Source: Porphyromonadaceae bacterium UBA7555
Lineage (GTDB): Bacteria; Bacteroidota; Bacteroidia; Bacteroidales; Muribaculaceae
Direction of reading: 5' to 3'
Assembly (NCBI GenBank): GCA_002478045.1
Contig: DLLT01000008.1
Location: forward strand, 1,803-65,802
DNA length: 64,000 nucleotides
How positions within the stretch are numbered: position 1 is the first letter of the stretch; each line of letters opens with the position of its first letter. Shown piece by piece: positions 56,199 to 64,000 of the stretch. The translations under genes and the position numbers were made by a program. The notes beneath the pieces are model-generated. The model was not told where the DNA came from. It saw nothing but the letters and a program-made list of their open reading frames with translations, and did not search any database.

Positions 56199-56540
56199 TC
56201 ATCCATCGATGTCGGTGATGCAGCGGTCGATTTCCCGCACGAGATCGGCGATAATGGTTCGGGTCTTTTCAACGGCATCACGGTCGGGCGCAAGGGTCGA
56301 GGATACGCTGAGGTATTCGTTGCGTAGGCTCAGTTGCTCAATACGTCGTTCCTTGTCGCGCAGCTCTCTCTCGAGCTCGGCGATGCGCTCTAAGGCTTGT
56401 GTACGTTCTTGACATACAGTGTCGTAGCGCTGTGTCAGTACGTGCATCTTTTCGCTTATGCGCGGCAGTGATTTATCTAATGACTCGGTTGCCATATCTC
56501 CAAATTTCCACAAAGTTAGCAATTTTTTTCGTAATCCCAT
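56199..56540 (-). CDS. Small coiled-coil protein (ZapB-like?) upstream of zapA
   Basis: 113-aa ORF. An alternative ATG at 56495 (MATESL) would give 98 aa, and a TAACTTTG box at 56518-56511 favours the shorter form. Heptad-rich sequence (ELERELRDKERRIEQL). Confidence 0.6.
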   Translation of the reverse strand: MGLRKKLLTLWKFGDMATESLDKSLPRISEKMHVLTQRYDTVCQERTQALERIAELERELRDKERRIEQLSLRNEYLSVSSTLAPDRDAVEKTRTIIADLVREIDRCITDIDG

Positions 56541-56651
56541 GCCTGCCTATGCAATTTTTGACAAAATTGCGCCTGAAAAAGGTAAAAAAGGTTTGTAATA
56601 CTTAGAGATATGCTATATGTTGCTTCAGAATGGATGCGGTTGGGCAGTGAT

Positions 56652-56683
56652 GTTGCGTATGTGTGGGATTATGACTAAATTTG
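56652..56683 (+). promoter_or_regulatory. Candidate promoter of the dGTPase gene
   Basis: GTTG (56652-56655) is followed by a 20-nt spacer and TAAATTTG (56676-56683). Confidence 0.5.
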
Positions 56684-56752
56684 TCGTCTGTAGCGCTGTT
56701 GTCGGCGCAGATATTCCACCGGAATTAGGCAAACAATTACTTTTTATTTTCA

Positions 56753-58111
56753 ATGGATAAGCAGACACATGCAAAGATGGACTGGGCGCGGCTGATAGAT
56801 GACTGCCGCTTCGGTCTCGAGGATTACCACAAACCGCGTACTGTCGGGGTGGGACGCACAGACTTCCGCCGCGACTATGATCGTCTGGTGTTTTCTTCGC
56901 CTTTCAGGCGTTTGCAAAACAAGACGCAGGTGTTCCCGTTGCCGGGTAGTGTCTTTGTGCACAATCGTCTGACCCATTCGTTGGAGGTTAGTAGTGTCGG
57001 CCGCAGTATGGCCGATGAAATTGCGGCGGCACTGGTGCATCGCCACGGTCCTATGGACGGAATTTTTGCCGACTTGGGTGATGTGGTGGCTGCCGCGTGC
57101 CTGGCTCATGACCTTGGCAACCCGCCTTTCGGTCATTCGGGCGAAAAGGCCATAGGCACTTTCTTCAGCGAGGGTGCCGGTCGGACACTTAAGGAACGAC
57201 TGACCGCGCGACAGTGGAGTGATATCGTCAATTTTGAAGGTAATGCCAATGCTTTGCGAGCGCTGACGCATCAGTTCAACGGTCGCCGTCCCGGAGGTTT
57301 TGCCATGACCTACACGATGTTAGCCTCCATAGTCAAGTACCCGTATGACTCATCACTGGCCGGAGCAAAGGGCAAATTCGGGTTCTTCGAGAGCGAACGC
57401 GCCGACTTCGAGCGTATAGCTACGCGCCTGGGAATGTTGCGAATGCCCTCGCCCGAAGGTTCGTTGCGCTTTTGTCGACACCCTCTGGTGTACATCGTTG
57501 AGGCTGCTGACGATATATGCTACGAAGTCATGGACTTTGAGGACGCCCATAAATTGAAAATTCTTGGCACGGACGAGGTCTTGGATGCCTTATTGGCATA
57601 TTTTGACGATGAATCCCGCGCCCATGTGCTTGAGGTGATGGAACGTGTCAAGGATCCCAACGAAAAGATTTCGTATCTGCGCAGCGGCGTTGTCGGGCGC
57701 CTGGTCAGTTGTTGTGCCGGCACATTCATAGACAATGAAAGTGTCATATTGTCAGGCACTTTCAAGGGAACGTTGCTTGACCATATATGCGAGCGCGAGC
57801 GCGAGGCTTATCGGCGCTCCACGCGCCTATCGTGGGGCAAGATTTACGGTGCTCCGCAGGTGGTGGACATCGAGTTGGCCGGTAATCGCATCCTGACTTT
57901 CCTGCTCGAAAAGATGATACATGCCGTCACTTACCCCGAACTCAATTATTCGCGGCTACTGCTCAGCCAGGTCCCCGGGCAGTACAACGTAGGCGCTCCC
58001 GAACTGTTTGACCGAATTCAGGCCGTCCTCGATCATATCTCGGCAATGACGGACGTATATGCCCTCGACCTCTACCGTAAGCTCAACGGTATGAGCCTTC
58101 CGGCAGTCTGA
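56753..58111 (+). CDS. dgt: dNTP triphosphohydrolase (dGTPase family)
   Basis: Contains RDYDRLVFSSPFRRLQNKTQVF and the HD motif HNRLTHSLEV...HDLGNPPFGH. Confidence 0.9.
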   Translation: MDKQTHAKMDWARLIDDCRFGLEDYHKPRTVGVGRTDFRRDYDRLVFSSPFRRLQNKTQVFPLPGSVFVHNRLTHSLEVSSVGRSMADEIAAALVHRHGPMDGIFADLGDVVAAACLAHDLGNPPFGHSGEKAIGTFFSEGAGRTLKERLTARQWSDIVNFEGNANALRALTHQFNGRRPGGFAMTYTMLASIVKYPYDSSLAGAKGKFGFFESERADFERIATRLGMLRMPSPEGSLRFCRHPLVYIVEAADDICYEVMDFEDAHKLKILGTDEVLDALLAYFDDESRAHVLEVMERVKDPNEKISYLRSGVVGRLVSCCAGTFIDNESVILSGTFKGTLLDHICEREREAYRRSTRLSWGKIYGAPQVVDIELAGNRILTFLLEKMIHAVTYPELNYSRLLLSQVPGQYNVGAPELFDRIQAVLDHISAMTDVYALDLYRKLNGMSLPAV

Positions 58112-58163
58112 GAACGAGTGTTGGAATATCCATATTAGTAATCACTAAAAAACATTTTATAAT

Positions 58164-59426
58164 ATGCTAATGTCCTGCAAGAGGCTGATAATCATACTCT
58201 CGCTTGTGCTTGTGAGTGTGGGCGCTGTCTCGGCGCAAGAGCAAAAACAATACTATGCGCCCGAAGATGTACCTAATGTGCAGCTGCAGAATAAAAATCA
58301 TTATCTTAGCGACCCGACAAAAATCATAGATGCCGCTTCTGCCGCCCATATCGATTCAACATTACAAAAGCTTCGAACAGCCACAGGCGTGCAGGCTGCC
58401 GTTGTGGTCTTGCCCAATATGGATGGAGACTCGGATGTGGACACTTATGCCACCGATCTGTTTACGCTTTGGGGTATTGGTGACAAAGACAAGGACAACG
58501 GCTTGTTGTTGCTTGTATCGGTGGGCGACCGTAAGTATGTGATACGCACCGGGTATGGTATCGAAGACGCTCTGCCGGATGCAATATGCGGACGCATCGA
58601 GCGCAATATTATGGTGCCGGCCTTTGAAAAGGGCGACTACTCGGGCGGCATTCGTGCGGCAGTGGATAATATCAGTTCGGTGCTCAGCGACCCAACGTTT
58701 CGTGACGAAATGCTCGAAGATATTGCAGCTCAGGAGCGTGAGGATTGGATGAGTGTCCTGTGGCTATATATAGGCTTTTGCGTGACTGCGACGCTGATAA
58801 CGTTTGTATGGTTGCTGGTGGCACTTTGCGGAGTACGAGGCAAGATGCCGTATGATAAATATCAGGCTACGCGTACGTTATCCAGGGTTTCGGGCGCTTG
58901 CGCTTGGTTTACGCTTGGTATGACGTTGCTGGTGTATATCCCTCTGCGGATGATTATGCGGGGATGGCGCAACGGGGCGCACTACTGCTCTAATTGTGGG
59001 ACTAAGATGCGCAAACTTGACGAAAAAAGCGACAATGAGTATCTGACGCCCGCGCAAGATGCCGAGGAACGCATCAAGTCCGTGGATTATGATGTGTGGT
59101 TGTGCCCCAAGTGCGGGACAACGGAGATATATCGCTTTGACGAAGACAGCGGATACAGCGAGTGTCCGTATTGTCATGCCCGGACATGTCGCTTTGTACG
59201 GGACACTGTGATGCAGCGCCCCACCCAAGATCAAGAGGGTGTCGGCGTCAAGACATATACTTGTCTTAACTGCAAGAAGACGCATAGTATAGCCTATAAG
59301 ATAGCCAAGCTCGCGCCCACGGTGATTGTCGGAGGCGGCGGATTTGGTACCGGCGGTGATGGTATATCTGGCGGTAGCTGGGGTGGCGGCAGCACCGGCG
59401 GTGGAGGTGCCTCCGGAGGATGGTAA
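58164..59426 (+). CDS. TPM-domain (YgcG-like) membrane protein with a four-CxxC insertion and a Gly-rich tail
   Basis: Signal peptide, TPM phosphatase-like domain (GVQAAVVVLPNM...GLLLLVSVGDRKYVIRTGYG), two TM segments, then CSNC/CPKC/CPYC/CLNC, ending in GGGGFGTGGDGISGGSWGGGSTGGGGASGGW. Confidence 0.8.
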   Translation: MLMSCKRLIIILSLVLVSVGAVSAQEQKQYYAPEDVPNVQLQNKNHYLSDPTKIIDAASAAHIDSTLQKLRTATGVQAAVVVLPNMDGDSDVDTYATDLFTLWGIGDKDKDNGLLLLVSVGDRKYVIRTGYGIEDALPDAICGRIERNIMVPAFEKGDYSGGIRAAVDNISSVLSDPTFRDEMLEDIAAQEREDWMSVLWLYIGFCVTATLITFVWLLVALCGVRGKMPYDKYQATRTLSRVSGACAWFTLGMTLLVYIPLRMIMRGWRNGAHYCSNCGTKMRKLDEKSDNEYLTPAQDAEERIKSVDYDVWLCPKCGTTEIYRFDEDSGYSECPYCHARTCRFVRDTVMQRPTQDQEGVGVKTYTCLNCKKTHSIAYKIAKLAPTVIVGGGGFGTGGDGISGGSWGGGSTGGGGASGGW

Positions 59427-59453
59427 TCCTTCCGTTGTGGCCGGATAGCTGAA

Positions 59454-60242
59454 TTATATTTCTATTTGGGAGCGGTGGCGGACGGCGTATGCGGCTCCGG
59501 CAATCATCAGGCGCAGTGCCCCAAGGCTTCGAGCGCGCATTGCCTGTCGAGCTATACGCAGCCATCCGCTGTACGGATGTGTAAGGCGTAGCACTGCGCC
59601 GCGAGCGCGCCATACTGCCGGGGTCGGCGTGCGTTGACCGGTGGACGGTCCGCCCGTATGACGCCCGATGACGACCGGAATATACTCGATGCTTAGTCCG
59701 AGACGGCGGGCATTCCATATCAGAATATCCTCTTCGCCGCAGCCTAATGCCGGGGCGCCGATGCCGAATAATGTACAGAAATGCAGACCCGAACGGCGAA
59801 CGGCCTCCATACGCAAAGCAATTTCGACGGACGATGGGCAGTAGCCGCGTGGCATACCGTGTACGAGGCTCAATCGTGATTTCGGGTATGATTTGTCTCC
59901 GGCGCCTTCGATGCGGAAGGTGGTGATGTCGGCCTCGCCGAGGTTGTCAAGGGCGGCGCGCAGTTGTGCCTCGGTGTAGCTCATATCATCATCGGCTGTG
60001 AGGACGTATTCCGCATCGGCGGCTTCGAGCAGTCGGTTGCGATTGGCGCATAGTCCGCGGCCTTGTGTCATGATTACACGAATATCCGGGCGCTGCAAAT
60101 CCGCCGGCACTGTCGGAGCAGCGTCCTCTCCGGTCTGGCATGATACAAGGTAAGACACGCCGTCGATGACGGGCAGGGACATAGATGCCGTGCGCCGTAG
60201 ACCTTTGTCGCCGTAGGTGGCTATGAGTACTTGAAGTAGCAT
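59454..60242 (-). CDS. GT-A fold glycosyltransferase (family 2-like)
   Basis: 262 aa. Starts LQVLIATYG and has a DDD (DxD) motif in LTADDDMSY. Confidence 0.7.
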   Translation of the reverse strand: MLLQVLIATYGDKGLRRTASMSLPVIDGVSYLVSCQTGEDAAPTVPADLQRPDIRVIMTQGRGLCANRNRLLEAADAEYVLTADDDMSYTEAQLRAALDNLGEADITTFRIEGAGDKSYPKSRLSLVHGMPRGYCPSSVEIALRMEAVRRSGLHFCTLFGIGAPALGCGEEDILIWNARRLGLSIEYIPVVIGRHTGGPSTGQRTPTPAVWRARGAVLRLTHPYSGWLRIARQAMRARSLGALRLMIAGAAYAVRHRSQIEI

Positions 60243-60255
60243 TGTCTATAAAGGT

Positions 60256-61392
60256 CTATAAAGCCTTGCCGATGTTGTGCGAAATCTTGCGCCAGAAGTC
60301 TTCGTAGCGCTGAGCTACGACTTCGCAGTCGTTGTGCTTGACTACATATTCGCGTGCCGTTGATGCGTTTGCCGCCAGAATTTTGCGGTCAAGACATCGG
60401 CGTATATCCGGAAGTGACGCCTCCGGGTCGCGCGGGTCGATATTGATAGCCGGAGTGGTGCATCCCTGGAAGTCGTTGAAGTCTTTTTCGGCTCCGGTGA
60501 CTACAGTTTTTCCCATGGCCATAGCCAGGAGTGCTGTCGTTGCCGGAGTGTAGCTGTACAATTGGTCGAAGACGATGTCTGCGCGGGCCATATTCTTCAG
60601 AAATTCGGCATATTGCAGGTTGTGAACCGGGAGAATGGTGACTTTGTCGCGAAATTCGTTTTCGATGGTTTTGGCGATGCGCATCAGTTGGGGTATGCCC
60701 TTTTCTTGTTCGCGTCCTATATGGCTGGGCAAGAGGATGCTTATGGGCTTGCTTGATTCGATGTCTATAGGCATAGGTTTTATCGCGGCGGTGTCCACGG
60801 GGATGCCTCCATAGGCCAGACGCTCGGGCTCGATTAAGCGAGACATAGATAGCTGATACTCGTAGAGTGCGGTGATGGCTCCGTCCACGTGGTCGTAGAC
60901 GTATTGCGCATAATCGGATAATTCGGGTTGCTGCCACATAGATACGGTTCGACCGCGGGTGCTCAGCGCGTATTCGGTGGGTACGCCGTCGATGGCCCAT
61001 TCGCTGTATTTCAGTGGCCCGTTCGGATCTTTGCACATGTTGACAAAAGCCGTATCGGTGCCTATGGCCGTAAGGCAGACCAAGCCGTTGTGTCGGCGTA
61101 GGTCATCCAGAAGTCTGCGCAGTCGTGAGGGACGCAGCCGCATAAACGTAGGGCCGCAAAGCTGTATCACGTCCCAACCGTGCAGTCGCGAGCGCAGGGT
61201 CGTGTGCAGCCTTGCCCAAAGTAAAGCGCCGCCGATACTTCCGGGCAATCGGCGACTTAAGTCCACATCGCGTCCCGTGTTCATCCATGCCGAGCCGTCC
61301 GAGGCTACGCACACCTCGTGCCCGTGACGTATGAGCCCTTCGGCGAGGGTGCGGTTGTAGTGGCTTGCGTCGCCCAGCAGCAATATTCTCAT
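60256..61392 (-). CDS. GT-B fold glycosyltransferase (family 1/4-like)
   Basis: The start at the ATG at 61392 (MRILLLGDASHYNRTLAEGL) overlaps the upstream stop (ATGA). The 508-aa track ORF is an out-of-context upstream extension. Confidence 0.75.
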   Translation of the reverse strand: MRILLLGDASHYNRTLAEGLIRHGHEVCVASDGSAWMNTGRDVDLSRRLPGSIGGALLWARLHTTLRSRLHGWDVIQLCGPTFMRLRPSRLRRLLDDLRRHNGLVCLTAIGTDTAFVNMCKDPNGPLKYSEWAIDGVPTEYALSTRGRTVSMWQQPELSDYAQYVYDHVDGAITALYEYQLSMSRLIEPERLAYGGIPVDTAAIKPMPIDIESSKPISILLPSHIGREQEKGIPQLMRIAKTIENEFRDKVTILPVHNLQYAEFLKNMARADIVFDQLYSYTPATTALLAMAMGKTVVTGAEKDFNDFQGCTTPAINIDPRDPEASLPDIRRCLDRKILAANASTAREYVVKHNDCEVVAQRYEDFWRKISHNIGKAL

Positions 61393-62372
61393 TTCAGTTT
61401 GCTTGGCATGAAAGGCCGCAATATGCGAGCGATGCCGCGATGGCCGCGCACGGTATAGTGGTAGGCAAAGGATAGCATTCGTCTGCGGATTTTGCTTTTC
61501 TCCTGAAGAATGAATGTCTCCTTGAGCAGGCGACCCGAGGCTGTTCCGCTCAATTCGCAATGTGCCGACAGGATGACGCCTTTGAGATTTACCCACGCCG
61601 AAGGTGCGTATTTGCGCATACGTTTGAGCGTGTTTGTTTTCTTGTCCGGCTTTGCGGCAAAACATCCGCCGGTCAGCGACCCTTCGGTGATGAATATGTG
61701 CACAGTCGGTTCTTTGGCTTTGATTTTGTAGCAACGAGGCTTGCGCAGTGCTATACGAGCGCCCAGTTCGATGTCGTTCCACACCTCGATGTCAGTGCTC
61801 CATCCGCCGACGGCACGTATCAACTCGGTACGGCACATATATCGTTGTGTCGCGAAGTTGCTGTTAAACATATTGTTGTAGCCCAAATCGCGGTTGCGGA
61901 AGGTCAGCCGTTTCCAAGGTCCTCCATCCTTGCCGTAAAGCACATCCCATCCGATGATTTTAGCCATGGGGTGTGTGTCGGCGGCTTCTATAGCTCTCGC
62001 GCAGTGCTCCGGCGCCATGATGTCGTCCGAGTCGAAAAACATCACCCATGGCGTGGCCACTTCGGCAAGGCCGCGGTTGCGTGCGGCACAGGCGCCTACG
62101 GCGCTCTCGTCCAGAAGTTTTACACTCAATCCGCCCACCTCGTTGTGCTCGGATTTCCACTTGTGCATCACGGCCTTGCTGGCATCGGTGGAGGCGTTGT
62201 CCACCAATATCACATTTAGCGGGCGCAATGTCTGAGCGGCGATGCTGTCAAGGGTTCGACCCACGAGTTCGGCGCGGTTGTATACCGGAACGACAACCGT
62301 AAGTTTAGCGCCGGCGGCATCATTGGCGATGTCGCTTGCGTGAGCTTCCGATGTTTCCGATGTTTCTACCAT
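61389..62372 (-). CDS. Glycosyltransferase family 2
   Basis: Contains LTVVVPVYNRAELVGRTLDSI, VDNASTD, and the DxD motif FFDSDD. Confidence 0.88.
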   Translation of the reverse strand: MVETSETSEAHASDIANDAAGAKLTVVVPVYNRAELVGRTLDSIAAQTLRPLNVILVDNASTDASKAVMHKWKSEHNEVGGLSVKLLDESAVGACAARNRGLAEVATPWVMFFDSDDIMAPEHCARAIEAADTHPMAKIIGWDVLYGKDGGPWKRLTFRNRDLGYNNMFNSNFATQRYMCRTELIRAVGGWSTDIEVWNDIELGARIALRKPRCYKIKAKEPTVHIFITEGSLTGGCFAAKPDKKTNTLKRMRKYAPSAWVNLKGVILSAHCELSGTASGRLLKETFILQEKSKIRRRMLSFAYHYTVRGHRGIARILRPFMPSKLK

Positions 62373-62575
62373 AACGGGTTAATACGGTGAGGTTTTGAGG
62401 CTCGGCTTTATTGGCCTGCCGTGGGAGAGGGGGCTTTGTAGGGCGGTCCTAAAGACTTAGGTTACGCCTATGATATTGTCGTGCAAATTTCCGAAATTTC
62501 TGTGATATAGCAAAATTAAATATGTTACGACAGATTTCGGATGGATGAGTGCTCCCGCGTGTCGGACGCTAATAC

Positions 62576-63436
62576 TCAATTGAATAATAGTTTGCGACGT
62601 AGCGATACGGGGAATGCGCTGTCCGGACGCATGGCAATACGGCATACGAAGGGCGCTCGGCGAATACGCACTTCCGAATCCATTGGAAGTACCGTTGAGC
62701 GTCCGTCAAGGCTCAGACGAAAAGCACGTGCGCGACCGCTGACGCTGATGTCCAAGACGCTGTGATCGTCGATGACCAACGGCCTCATACCCAGAGAGTG
62801 TGCCGCTATGGGCGACACGACTAGGACCGGAGCTGTCGGCTGCACGATAGGGCCGCCGACAGAGAGATTATAAGCCGTTGAGCCTGTCGGAGTGGCTATG
62901 ATAAGTCCATCGGCACGATATTGGGCCAGTTCGACGCCGTCTACAAATGTGTCGGCCTGAATCATGGACACGCTGTCGTCTTTGGCGATGCACACCTCGT
63001 TGAGCGCATATCGCCATCCGCGCACCTCGGGAGAGCATACTTCAAGCAAAGTGCGCTCCTCGATGGTGAAGTCGGCGTTGAGCATACTGTCAATGCCTGC
63101 ATCCGAGGATACATCATCGATGTTCATTGTCGCCAGGTAGCCCAAATGCCCGGTGTTGATGCCGATGATGGGTATGCCGAGTCGGCCGACCCATGCGGCG
63201 GTACGCAAAAAGGTGCCGTCGCCGCCGATGCTCAGCACCAGCGAACATTCTTGGTTCGGTTCCGAGAGTGCGGCTTGACGTACTCCGGCGAGGGATACGC
63301 CCAATTCGGAGAGATGCCCGTAAAGTTTGGGGTGCATTTCGATGTCGGTGCCTGTCAGCACGATATGTCGCAACATACGCATGATTTGTACTGTGTATAG
63401 TTGCTGTTGGCGGCTCCCGTATATGGCAATGGTCAT
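62576..63436 (-). CDS. nadK: NAD kinase
   Basis: Contains the GGDGTFL, NTGHLGYL and PTGSTAYNLS motifs. Confidence 0.92.
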   Translation of the reverse strand: MTIAIYGSRQQQLYTVQIMRMLRHIVLTGTDIEMHPKLYGHLSELGVSLAGVRQAALSEPNQECSLVLSIGGDGTFLRTAAWVGRLGIPIIGINTGHLGYLATMNIDDVSSDAGIDSMLNADFTIEERTLLEVCSPEVRGWRYALNEVCIAKDDSVSMIQADTFVDGVELAQYRADGLIIATPTGSTAYNLSVGGPIVQPTAPVLVVSPIAAHSLGMRPLVIDDHSVLDISVSGRARAFRLSLDGRSTVLPMDSEVRIRRAPFVCRIAMRPDSAFPVSLRRKLLFN

Positions 63437-63489
63437 GGCGTTTCGGTTTTTTAGGTAAACGAGCTGAATGTCAGGTCTGTCAATGCCGG

Positions 63490-63891
63490 TTAAACATTGA
63501 GTATGCGCATAAGGCTCTCGAGGCGACCGTCAATGTCGCCTTTGGCACTGCCTACGGCATCGCGTGTGTACTCGACAGTGTATCCGTAGCGTGCAACGGA
63601 ACGTGCTGCCGCATCGGTATTGCGGTGTGAAATACGCAGCTCGATATATGTGCGTGGCGTGTCCTCGTAGTCTATGTCGTGGCGCGGTATTCCTATGCCG
63701 TCGGATGCGCCGGGTGCTCCGGCATCTATAATATTGAGATTGAGCACATGGGCATCGCAGTCCTCAATAGCGCGACATAGCTGCGAAGCACAATAATCGT
63801 ACTTTGGGCAGCTCACCACCAGGGTCGAGGCATCCTCGGTATATGGGAACAGACGCTCCAGTTCTGTCTTTATGTCATCTTTTGCGGTCAA
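63490..63891 (-). CDS. Hypothetical ACT-like small protein (TTG start)
   Basis: 133-aa ORF. The only in-frame start after the upstream TAG is a TTG. It has a beta-alpha-beta-beta-alpha-beta-like pattern but no motif I recognise. Confidence 0.5.
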   Translation of the reverse strand: MTAKDDIKTELERLFPYTEDASTLVVSCPKYDYCASQLCRAIEDCDAHVLNLNIIDAGAPGASDGIGIPRHDIDYEDTPRTYIELRISHRNTDAAARSVARYGYTVEYTRDAVGSAKGDIDGRLESLMRILNV

Positions 63892-63917
63892 TATCTTTTA
63901 GATTTAGATAATTCTAA

Positions 63918-63951
63918 CTAAATTTGTACTCCCTTTCAGATACAAATTTAG
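63918..63951. repeat. Perfect 11-bp inverted repeat with a 12-nt spacer, upstream of ORF 63490-63891
   Basis: CTAAATTTGTA (63918-63928) pairs with TACAAATTTAG (63941-63951). Confidence 0.8.
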
Positions 63952-64000
63952 GCAAAATTTCAATACGAAAGGGTAAATATAATCTAAACACTATAAAAAT

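Noticed and set aside
62342-62360. A short tandem duplication CCGATGTTT x2 at the 5' end of the GT2 gene, encoding ETSETSE.
   Set aside because: It is a trivial two-copy in-frame duplication in a non-conserved N-terminal tail, with no evidence of any function.

Overview
This 64-kb window looks like a moderately GC-rich Bacteroidota (Bacteroidales-type) chromosome. It is densely coding: about 55 protein genes and one tRNA-Phe. Almost all of it is core housekeeping.

Main gene groups:
- tRNA and queuosine modification: queA, truB, miaB, queD, queE and a CCA-adding enzyme.
- Envelope and LPS: a coaX / outer-membrane barrel / LptC-like / GldE-like operon; uppP, DUF3098 and ftsX; lpxH; and a lipid acyltransferase / sigma-54 activator / LptE / secG block.
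- Replication and protein folding: dnaE, trxA, slyD.
- Division and RNA turnover: a ZapA / RNase Y / PSP1(RicT) / GldH operon.
- Carbohydrate: a glycogen cluster (debranching enzyme, GT4, GH57); a three-gene SusC/SusD/lipoprotein locus with no enzyme or regulator; and three glycosyltransferases downstream of nadK.

Six gene pairs are joined by ATGA stop/start overlaps. Several intergenic regions carry the Bacteroides TTTG / TAnnTTTG promoter signature.

I found no transposase, integrase, CRISPR array, restriction gene, toxin-antitoxin pair or recognisable defence gene. I do not see a convincing novel multi-gene system, and I read this as an ordinary core region with a few local oddities.

The items most worth a second look are:
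1. A free-standing ~90-nt sRNA candidate with a canonical promoter and terminator, inside a 660-bp convergent spacer (39.06-39.19 kb).
2. The rny-PSP1/RicT linkage, with a Cys-rich tandem repeat at the RicT N-terminus.
3. The enzyme-less SusCD locus and the structured, palindrome-containing region upstream of it.
4. A T9SS-sorted ORF with no signal peptide.
5. An AT-rich islet next to tRNA-Phe.
6. A frameshifted gene remnant at 46.0-46.25 kb.

Every functional call rests on motif recognition by eye. No database search was run.
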